A stretch of DNA of 64,000 bases, from positions 99,324,001 to 99,388,000 of the forward strand of contig OX597823.1 in assembly GCA_951406725.2 (NCBI GenBank), in the 5' to 3' direction. The DNA comes from Octopus vulgaris (Eukaryota). Within the stretch, counting starts at the first letter, position 1. Each line of letters opens with the position of its first letter. Positions 53,301-64,000 of this stretch are shown piece after piece. The position numbers and the translations under genes were made by a program. The notes beneath the pieces are model-generated. The model was not told the origin of the DNA and did no database searches. It saw nothing but the letters and a program-made list of their open reading frames with translations.

Positions 53301-54953
53301 CGCTTCTAAGAAGCTCAATGTCTCTGATTCTATCAACTCCTGACCAAATGCACATGTAGACCACCTATCAAAACAGGAAATGTTCAAAATATAAAATGGA
53401 CAAAAGAGAAGCATTATTAATTGTTGTAATTTCAAATCTCCATCACAGTTGCTGCTACTCCTTGATAAAAAAAAAACCTCTAAATATTCAAGGATATAAA
53501 ACACCCAGAAATCTACAGCAAAAGCATCCCAAATGCAGCCCTTTTTCTATTCAGCAAAAAAGAAATCTGCATCATCAACAGATTCCTTACTTTCCACCAA
53601 CACTGTTCTGTGATGTACAATAAGTGCAGAAGTGTTGCAATAAGTGTTGCACTGAATTTAGCTTGCTTGTTGCAACTGCTTGTGACAGGCTGAGATATAG
53701 ATTGCACACTGATGCTAATTAAGAGATTTGCTGATCTGTTTTTCTCTTCTGATGCTTTGAATTTGCCGCATAACAACTGGGCTTAATTATTATTTTCCCC
53801 GTTAATATGATCAGTTGAATTAATCATATTATTGCTTAAATATTATAGACACCCTAATACTAACCATCCCATTTAAATCAAATTGAGATTTTGAAAATGG
53901 CTACTTTAACCTTATGTTGTTAAGCAAAACTATGGTACAAATAAGTTTAAATTAACATTGTGACATTTTCAAAAATAGAACAAAAACATCAAAAACTAAA
54001 CAAATTTACTTCATATTAGATTTGTGTTTCAGGAGAGAGTTGTGCATTTTAGTTGTGTAAATAAGACTATTAAATGTAGCATTTAAGCTTTGTGTTTTTA
54101 GGTTTGGTTTTAAACAAAATCAGGGTGCATAAAAATATAATTTGATAAAATAACCAAGATCTTCATTTCTAAAATATTGCAGCGCTCACATTAGATGGGC
54201 TTTGCAAGTCTACCAGGAAGATGGAAGAGCATTGCAGAAAATGAAGGAGAGTATATTTTAGATAAAAAAGAACTTTGTTTATCTTAATTTTGAAAAGTAA
54301 AAGAAGTATAAAAACCCGCATTCTTTATGGGATGACCCAATGTGTTTTATGCATTTCTCACAACTGGTCTCTTTTGACTGAACTACAGTTGCAGGCTAAA
54401 GCACAAATCAAAGGATTGGGCATTTGACATCCAAAATGTTGTGAGGCTCTCACAGCTCTCTACTAATTGGGTAATGGAGCAGGTACAATGCCAGTCAGTA
54501 CTCTAGCTGGGTACAGATATCCACAATGTATAGAGAAGTCTTCCTGGTCACATGAGTGCTATCATTCGAATTTGTTTGAGATTATCTGTTGAACGGTTCT
54601 CAATGTGCTCATTCCTGTGTCCAGTGACATGTAGAATTATGTGGAATAGTCACCCTATGCATGTGTGTGTGTGTGCAAAGTAAAAATATAGTTTACATGT
54701 TTGCATGCTTAGATACATATTTATAATCATATACTCAAGTGTACGATCATGTGTGAGCACACCCCACACCCCTACACCTCATGCACACACACGCACACAC
54801 AATGTGCAGCAGACACACTGACACATCCATTCATATTGAAATTACTTAACTACTTTCCTATTTACAGTGTCATTATGTTATATTACAAATGTGTGCATCA
54901 ATCCAATTTATATTTCTTTCTTACTGTCTCTGAGTACGTCCCCCAACTCTGGC

Positions 54954-55223
54954 TGACGTAGCCACGTATATTTATCGTATATTTGTGCAAATGTGTGTTA
55001 GTATTTCGAGATTACTTAATGCTTCTGTATTGTTTTGTTTGTAATCAATTAATTGTAGTAACTAACACTTAGTAAACTACTTAAATTAGAATCGTTGCAT
55101 TCTATGAACAAATGCTTTTATCAACTTTTCCATCGTTTGTTAGCCTCCTCCCCCTGGCTGACGTCATCAGTGTCAGCTCTTCCACTTGTGACGTTATATA
55201 TACTTTGACCTCCACCTCCTCCT

Positions 55224-55281
<58 letters not shown>

Positions 55282-55340
55282 AACTTTCCTCTTTTCTGTA
55301 AATTATCTCAAGAATGTCTGTTTCATTTGCGTCAGTAAGT
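54954..55340 (+). promoter_or_regulatory. Candidate CRE/TATA promoter with short first exon (MSVSFAS, 55314-55334)
   Basis: TGACG 54954, TGACGTCA 55159, TGACG 55189, TATATA near 55195, (TC)n tract, ATG 55314, GTAAGT at 55335. Confidence 0.4.
55231..55278. repeat. (TC)n microsatellite
   Basis: Pure TC run. Confidence 0.95.
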
Positions 55341-58300
55341 GGCCTCCCTCTCTTACTATATTTTTTCTTTGTTTGCCTTTTCCTCCAACAGTGAATGTAG
55401 TATGTACACATCTGGCCATTTCATTCTTATCATTCTTAGAACCTTTTTGAACTAATCTATTCAATTTAATTGACCAAACTTGGTGCAGGATGTGTGTGTG
55501 TGTGTGTGTGTGCTTGTGCGTGTGTAAATAAAATCGGTGGATAAAGGCATATTAACTGATAGGTTTTGAAGCTCAAATCTACTGTGGATGGTTTGTTGTC
55601 TCTAGTTAAGGCACTTAATTCTGTGTGTGTCTGTTTACTTGTTGGGAATAGAAGAAAATCTTATGAGACTGTTACTATTTAACTCTTGCTTAGTAAAGAA
55701 TTTGGGGGCTTTTGGATGGCTGGGTAAGCACTCATATATTTATTGTATCATAAAGTCATTGGATGAGGTTTAGTAGCAGAGCATCTTCCATTTATCTTTA
55801 TTCTACGTAGGGATTACAGTTTATACTCTTTCATTATTTTGTTTGCGCAGCATAAACGTTATGGTTTTGGAAAAGCTCCTAATTTAACTTCATGCCAGAG
55901 TGATTGATCTTGACTAAAAGCTTGCACGGTTGTCAATCCTGTAATAACAGTGTTGAAGACCCGGAATTATTTTATGTTGATCACAAGGAAGGTAGATGTA
56001 CAAGGAAATGACGAATACAGTAGACTTATTGAACAAAGTATTTGAGGAATTGGAAATTGAACTTAAATATTATCGACTCTGAAAACTTTTCTGGAAACAA
56101 ATTTTGCTAATCAATTAGTATTTGTTACTGTTCCAAAATGTCTCTTCACAGTTTAGAGAGATTTGGGATTGTCTAGAAAAAAAAAAATCAAATTTTCAAA
56201 AAGGTTTTGATGTTTCTTTTTAGTTCCTAAAAATCCTTTTGCCCTGAAAATCATTTGGAGTTATTTTATTTTTTTTGCATGATTTGCATTGAAATCATTT
56301 ATAACACAAGAACGATTCTACCACAGATTTGATCTTTTTCTAACCAGTCCAATAGTTTGTTTGAGTTGTCAAAATTATTGTTTGATTCATTCTATCAAAA
56401 ACATTGCACATCTGCAACTTTTTCAGAGTTGAAATTTTCAAACATTCAGCAGATGACAATTACTTGCATTAAATCATTTGCTATTTAAAAAAAAAGTCTT
56501 AGTCCACCAAAATAAATACTCTTTAGTGCTACTGTGTACAACCACCACCACTACTTCCATTAATTTGCACTCTACCAACATAAGACCACCTAAGACCACA
56601 TACACACACATATGTATGTGTTTGTGTGTAGCTATATGTTTGTGTGTGATTATACTTCAGTGTTCGTTGTTTCTGCTGTCTTTCAATGGTTGCAGCAAAC
56701 ATGCAAATTGAAAGTAAATAACAGTAATAATAATGATGATGATATATACATCTACTTTATAAGTGAGAGTGTATGTGTGTATGTGGGTAAATCACAGAAA
56801 GGCTTCAAAATGGAGTGTCCTTGAGAAAAACACATTTGATTTTTGACATCTGCATTGCAATGGGGAAGTTTTCAGGAATTAGTAATAAAAAACTATAATT
56901 TGCTACAAGAAATAACTCGACTTTTAATTCACCAAATCTTCTATTCTCTATCTGCGTCTATCAGGCTCTCCCTTTTTTGCCTTCCCCCCTCTTTCTATAT
57001 TTATCACAGTCTTTATCACTCTCTCTCTCTCTCTTTCTGTATATCTCTCACACATGCTGCTCCTCCCCACTCTCTCTTGATATGACATTATCTGTCTATC
57101 TCGATGTAAATTATTTGCATGCCTGTTTGCATAAACTATCTTTTACATAACTTTATTCATTAAAACTTATCAAAGCTTTTTACAACTTTTGTTGTAATGT
57201 TTTGCTTTCATTTTGGTGAAACCTTTGTCAATGGAATTATTATCATTTTGTGAGAGACAGCAATCAGGCAGAAAATGCCAGCTTCCAAATCCTCTTTTCC
57301 GACTGGCTAATAATGATCAAACTTTAAACTTCTGTAACATTTTTCTAAATATTTCTTCTGTAATAAATGAATCACAAAATCAGATTCATCATGAAAAGTA
57401 CATCCAGGCATCAAATTTGAAAACTTTTAATTAATTTTAAAATATCAAAATCTGTGACAGCAACAGGAAAGATTCTTCTCTCTATGTATTTACTATACAC
57501 TCTCTCTCTCTTTCTCTGTATATATATTGTATGTTTGTGCATGTGTGTAAGAGTGTGTGTATGCATGTGTTGAAGGAATTTCATAAAGGTGACAGAGTGG
57601 AAAGAGCCTCACAAAGCATCAGCAGAGAGCTAAGAAAAATCTTTACATCCATACACCAAATGGAAAAGCAAAACATTAGTTTATAGATGCATTATAAACT
57701 GCCCCAAATGATGCAGAAATCTGTCCTGATGAAGAGGTTTATCCATTGGAGAAGACATGGTTGAACATGGAATAAAAAGAAATTGCGATAAAGGTATTCT
57801 TTTGTGAAAATTGCCTCCCAATGATGGGATACTCAGCTAGTACACACACACACACATGCATTATTGTGAAGCAAACAGCGACAAGATAATTATCAAGGAT
57901 TTTAAAATTGATTCACATAGGATCTTTAAGATTTATTAATTTTTTTTTTATCAGACTTTGTTAAACCATAAAAGTGCAAATTTATAAGAATAAAGTTTAA
58001 TGAAAAATCCCAAAGAGGCCAAGGCTAAAGTATGAGTTACTAGCATGAGTCCATATAAGCTCAACAGTATCAGAGAAATGGGGATAAAAAAATAGGGGAG
58101 AATTCCATTTTGTACTTAGCACTAACTGTGGATGCCCAAAAGAAATGAAAGAATCTCAAGTTGTCTCATGTTTCTTTTGGGAAGACTGCAGGAACCTGAG
58201 GTGCAACAGATGCACTGAACTTGAAAGTTTTTTTATAACCACAATCGATTGATGATTGCAAATGCTCAAACGGCTCCTTTGTGTTCTATGTTGGCTCTAA

Positions 58301-59616
58301 TACCAGAATAACATAGTACTTGTGTTAAAGTACTAAAGATAGAAAAGAGAATTTCAGGAAGTTAAAAAACAATTTTACTGTTGAATTAAGTAAAAGGACA
58401 CTCTGATCTTTATTTGGGAGCGAAGGTTGACCTAAGAACACATTTCAGCTTTGATCTGATTTCATTAATATGGCACATTCCTTCTCATCATTGTATCCTT
58501 GACCTACAAAAAAGAAGGTAAAATTACCTTCTTGAGGCATACCAACTCGTGAGGGCCATTTCCTCAGTTTTATGGCATAAATATTTCCCCACCTGGATAG
58601 GATGCTGGTCTGTCGCCGGATTCCTCATTTTTGCCAGCTGAGTGGACTGGAACAATGTGAAATAAAGTGTCTTGCTCAAGGACACAACACATTGCTTGGT
58701 CCAGGAATTGAAACCACAATCTTACGATCATGATTCCAACACCCTAACCACTAAGCCATGCACCTCCACAATGTTGTAAAATCTTTCTGTATATATTAAA
58801 ATGTCCATATGTTTGGAATTGAAATGTAATGTGCTGATGAGGCCAAACAGAGGCTGAAGCACATCCAAAGCCATTTGTTGTCTCAAAAACAAATATCAGA
58901 TTCTCCATTTTTCTCAAACATATTAGTTGAGACTCACTGTACAGGTTTATTCAATCACTGAATAAAAAAAAATGTGACTCACAAGGAGTCCATTTGGGTA
59001 ATTTTCCTGAGTCATCTTCTCACTCTTGCACACCAATCCATCACAAGGTGACCCATTTACAGCTGAGTGCCTGGAAAAACATGCAATGAAATGCCTTGCT
59101 CAAGAACACAATGCACAGCCAGTTTGGGAATCAAAACATGGTCTTGCAATTGTGAACGCAAGATGCTAACCACAAGGGCCACACATCTTCCTGCATTATT
59201 GAATGACTGTTGACTCTTGAGTCCATCTGCCCTTTGTTGGGTTTTTCTTTTCATCCTGCAGAATGTTCAACAAATCACCCTCCTCGCTGAGCAAGCTTGA
59301 TGGAGTTCCCAGTTTAGTTGCTGATGATCATGCAACAGGTTGTCCTGTAGAGGAATGGGTTGAGTTGCACATTTTGCACAGTGTTAATTTGTGAGTCAGG
59401 TTGAGTGCAAGGGAATAAAGAAATTGGCCTGGTTTTCATGGTACTAGTTTAGAGTATACCGATATGGAATGTATTTTAAAAGATTATGACAAAATGATGA
59501 AGAAAAATTTGAGAGATCAAAGAAGAGAGTTGTAAATTACGCTTAATAATATTGGTATTGATGAGATAATATGATTACGCAGCACAATCTTTTCTTGATC
59601 CCAGAATGAATTAAAA

Positions 59617-59735
59617 CATGGTTCCGGGTTCAGTCCCACTGTGTGGCACCTTGGGCAAGTGTCTTCTGATATAGCCTAAGGCCGACCAAAGCCTTGTGAG
59701 TGGAATTAGTAGACGGAAACTGAAAGAAGCCCGTC

Positions 59736-59787
<52 letters not shown>

Positions 59788-59798
59788 GTATGTATGTA

Positions 59799-59843
<45 letters not shown>

Positions 59844-60022
59844 CTGTGTTTGTATTCCCAACATCGCTTGAAAACCGATGCTGGTGTGTTTACGCCCCTG
59901 TAACTTAGCGGTTCGGCAAAAGAAACCAATAGAATAAGTCCTGGGGTTGATTTGCTCGACTAAAGGCTGTGCTCCAGCATGGCCACAGTCAAATGACTGA
60001 AACAAGTAAAAGAGTAAAAGAG
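59617..60022 (+). mobile_element. tRNA-head SINE with internal (TA)n(TG)n microsatellite
   Basis: CATGGTTCCGGGTTCAGTCCCACTG B-box region, central microsatellite, (GTAAAAGA)n tail; reverse complement of the 62915-63325 family. Confidence 0.85.
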
Positions 60023-62914
60023 TAGTTCTAGGGAACAGATTTACATCTTGTAAGTTTATCCTTTCTTTACTGTGGATATCCATCTTAAGAGGAAAGGGAT
60101 AAAACTCAACTTCATAGAGCCATGTGTTAAAGAAGTTGCTATACCTTGAATAGTTTCAATAAGATAACCTGTTCATCTTGAATAGTAAGTGTACATGTTT
60201 CTCTAAATTGTATTTATGTTGGATTCATTTTCTTCTCATTCCATTATTTTTAGGTCAGCTATCTAGATTCATCCATTCTCTACCTTAGATCAAAAATGGA
60301 ATTTTTTTCTGTGTATTCTGGACTCTTGACAACACGATTGAAGAGTTTAAACCTTGCTACAGTTTGTAAGTTTTGGCTCTAGGCCAGACAATGCTGCTTG
60401 TTTCAGTCTCTGTGGTTTACAAGTACCATTTCTAATTCATTAGTAGCAAGAAATATCCATCTGTAAGATTACTTATTCCAACGATATACAAAAGTCTAAA
60501 TTTGAAAATGACATTCTACCTATGTGGCAATAGTTGTAAAAAATAAATAAGTAAATAGAAAAGAACTGAGTGCTTATTGTTTAGTGTGGAGCATTTTAAT
60601 ACTTAACCAAAGGTTTTAGTAGATTGGTTTTAATGTCATGAGATATAAAGGCCATATTCCAGTGTAGGGTTAGAAAGCCAACTGAAGTTAGTTGAATAAT
60701 TAATTTGATCAGGGAGACAATACAAAGCTTAATTTGTTAATTTAAGCTGAGAAAATGTTTTGCTTCATTTTACACAGATATTTTGTTCTGAGTGAATTTA
60801 CTACAAATATTTTCTATGTAAAGTGATGTTAGACATTATAAAGTACTTCTGTGGAAGGAAAAGAAAAGAACGAAGAAGTATCTGATTTCAGAGAAGGGTT
60901 GGCAGACTCTCTGAAGTGTGATCCACAATGCAGTCACCCAGCAAGCGATAAGTTTGCTGTTTCCATTATCCTATAGGAAGATTCCTATTTTCAGACCATG
61001 TAGCCTCATTTTTATGTTTAGTCTAAGATAGAAAAAAAAAGTTGCTAGGTAAGTATTTATATAAATAAGTGTAAATTTCAGAGAATAAAAATGTTCTAAT
61101 GCAAATAGTTTTCACTGATTGTGTATTCACATTTAGGCAGACACATAATCTACCTCTCGCTTTCCACCACACTTAGTTCCTCATAGATAAATAGCTACAC
61201 AGATGCATAATACTAAATTTCAATGCCCAGAGAGGAGAGAAAAGCAGCTTTGTTGAGTCTGAGGCTGTGTAGGAAGATGAATAGAGGCATAATGTTGCCA
61301 TCACTTGTGATCACTCCAAACACCATGATGCTGACTGGATGTTTAATTTTTATCAATCTCGGCACATATCCTCAGATTGCACTGTCCTCAGACTGACACC
61401 CAAACACTCTGAAGTGTTCGTATTGGAGCTCCTAGTGTGAATGCCAAGCAGTACAGCATGTCATTTCCAAATTTCTGGCAGAGTGAATTGTGTCATGGTG
61501 CTGTTTTTCTCACAGACGGTACCCAACTGACCCTACTATACTGTGCAGTCAACAAACTCTGAAGCAAACAATGCACATGTGAGAATTAAAAAATATAAAA
61601 TAGTGACAATTTAACCCATCGCACCCTGTATATAGACACAGCAGGGTTCTTTCAGTTTTGGTCTATCAAATCTACTTACATGGCTTTGGTCTGTCTGGTG
61701 CTATAGTAGAAGACACTTGCCCAATGTGCTGTACAGTGGGATGGAACCTAAGACCATTTGGTTGGGAATTAAGCTTCTCAAACCACACAGTCAAGTCTAT
61801 ATATGTAAATATCATTCTTGCTTCTGACAGGTAAAAATGATCAATCCCCATTGGCCCCCACCCCTTTTTTTTTTAGCTAATAATGGTACTGATATATAGA
61901 CTTACTGATTAATATAATTTTAGTTTCATTTTGCCAACAACCTAATTTTTAAAACTTCTTTTAAATATTTCATTGTAGTTCTCTGCTGTTTTGAAATCTC
62001 TGTCAAAGTTTATTTCTCTTTTTTTATTTTAAATAATTTTAAAGTGTCAAATGCTGAAAGTTTTCATTTGAATATTGCGTATTTTGAAAAGTTTATTCAT
62101 TGAGTAAACTTTGTTTTGGTTAGGAATTGAGTTCTGTGTCTTTTTCTTGGATAAATGCTCTTAATTTTAGATGAAATTATGCATTAATATGACCTAAAGA
62201 AAGATGGAATCTCTTGAGTTGTAAAGTTCTTGAAATATCTCTTTAGAATAATTCCAGCAACTTAAAAAAGGTCAAGAGTTAAGAGAAGAAATTACCCTTA
62301 ATTCTAAATTTGGTAAATATCTGTAAAAACATTCTAAACAAATTTAGATTGTTTTAAGTCAGCCACATTTCCTGTCAGATGGTAACCTTAACTGTAAAAA
62401 AAATTTCCTTTTGATAAATCCAAAAGAATGCAACAAACAAGCAGTAATTACTTATGCAATAATTCATGACAGGAAAACAAAAACAAAATCGAAATTGAAT
62501 TTTTGTTTGGAATTGTTTTCTAAAATTGAATAACAATTATCTCATTTGTAGTATTTAACTTCCATCTTCTGAGGATTTACTTCCTGTGGAAGAAGTGGGA
62601 TAAAAACATAAAAAAGGAAAAAAAAAATCGTTTTTTAGCATTGCTGTTGATGAGTTGATAATTTATCAACAACAACCAACTGACACAGCCGTGTTTTTAT
62701 TTCAATCTGGAGTTTGAGCAGTGCCATCCAAGTAATGGCTTGCTTGTTGTTGCTGATAAGAGATTTCGATGCCATCTGACAGTTTATTCTTAGGTTTATT
62801 CATTACAAAAAGGTAACATTAGGAGCTGGATTCCAGCATTCTCTGAAAAGACTCCTTATGTTCCACTTTGTATGTTTGTCTATAAATTTTTACTGATCTA
62901 TATCAGGGTTATAC

Positions 62915-63325
62915 TCTACTCTCTTTTACTCTTTTACTTGTTTCAGTCATTTGACTGTAGCCATGCTGGAGCACCACCTTTAGTCGAGCAACTCGACCCC
63001 GGGACTTATTCTTTGTAAGCCTAATACTTATTCTATCGGTCTCTATTGCCGAACCGCTAAGTTACGGGGACGTAAACACACCAGCATCGGTTGTCAAGCG
63101 ATGTTGGGGGGACAAACACAGACACACAAACACACACATACACATATATATATATACATATATACGACAGGCTTCTTTCAGTTTCCGTCTACCAAATCCA
63201 CTCACAAGGCTTTGGTCGGCCCGGGGCTATAGCAGAAGACACTTGCCCAAGGTGCCATGCAGTGGGACTGAACCCGGAACCATGTGGTTGCTTAGCAAGC
63301 TACTTACCACACAGCCACTCCTGCT
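62915..63325 (-). mobile_element. Near full-length tRNA-head SINE
   Basis: Minus strand GGAGTGGCTGTGTGGTAAG (A-box-like), GGTTCAGTCCC (B-box), microsatellite core, GTAAAAGA tail; older copy at 63470-63790. Confidence 0.85.
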
Positions 63326-63792
63326 GAATATTTAAAAAAAAATTTCGTATTCAGCTTTAAGTTTCTACTTTTGATTAATAAAAGCTCATTATCTGCAGAT
63401 CCAGAAACCATTTTACCAAACAAGCATTATTTTTGTATGGATTATATTGTTTATATATACAATTCTTTCTTTTATTTGTTTCAATCATCAGACTGCAGCC
63501 CATGCTGGGGCACCACCTTCAAGAATTTTAGTCAAATGATGACTCCCAGGTGGTTGTTGTTGTTTTTAAAGCCTGGTTCTAATTCCACCAATCTCTTTTG
63601 TTGAACTTCTAAGTTACTGGGAGTAAACACACTAACCCTGGTTGCCAAGCAGTGGTGGGTAACACACACACAAACACACTGGGCTTCCTTCAGTTTCTGT
63701 CTACTATATTCACTTACATGGCTTTGGTTAGCCTGGAGCTATAATGGAAGACACTTGCCCAACATGTCATGTGTTGGGACTGAACCCAGAAC

Positions 63793-64000
63793 CATCATTA
63801 TCATCATCATTTAATGTCAGTTTTCCATGCTAGCATGGGTTGGACGATTTTGACTGAGGGCTGGCAACCAGATGGTTGCACCAGGCGCCAGTCTTGATCT
63901 GGCAGAGTTTCTATAGCTGGATGCCCTTCCTAATGGCAACCACTCTGAGAGTGTAGTGGGTGCTTTTTACGTGCCACCTGCACGGGGGCCAGTCAGGTGG
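63793..64000 (-). mobile_element. RTE 3'-end element running off the window
   Basis: (CAT)n tail and TTTTCCATGCTAGCATGGGTTGGACG block. Confidence 0.8.

Noticed and set aside
52400-53400. Pyrimidine-rich coding-like tract, possibly an old Penelope or LINE relic (similar tract at 27100-27450)
   Set aside because: No diagnostic motif could be read with confidence
59630-60083. ORFs with HTHT/YIYI/CVCV repeats
   Set aside because: Translations of the SINE microsatellite core
60840-61055. Short open frame (STSVEGKEKNEEVSDFREG) and a nearby AG|GTAAGT donor
   Set aside because: Frame closes before the donor and shows no recognisable homology
63270-63325. tRNA-like A/B boxes
   Set aside because: SINE head; no complete cloverleaf, and it continues into repeat body found many times in the window

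Overview
Eukaryotic, AT-rich, repeat-dense animal genomic DNA; the SINE/LINE/microsatellite repertoire suggests a cephalopod such as Octopus (inference). 1-11.3 kb: four coding exons of a NEK6/NEK7 kinase gene on the minus strand (its 3' part lies outside the window), with two mariner relics and a full-length decayed Tx1-type LINE in the introns. 14-46 kb: a loose, rearranged replication-dependent histone cluster (intact H3, H4, two identical inverted H2A genes, a divergent H2B, two deletion-bearing H2A copies, an H4 3' fragment) among Tx1 and RTE LINEs, Helitrons, a solo LTR and fold-back MITEs. 46-64 kb: mostly non-coding, with an RTE LINE, SINEs and a possible CRE/TATA promoter with a short first exon. 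Best leads: a position-fixed, pyrimidine-rich element downstream of every histone stem-loop instead of the canonical purine-rich U7-binding element; a C4HC3 (PHD-like) finger inside the RTE reverse transcriptase; a (TC)n-inserted Tx1 family, one copy of which replaced the H2B promoter; recurrent microhomology deletions in H2A copies. All calls were read by eye, no searches were run, and repeat boundaries are approximate.
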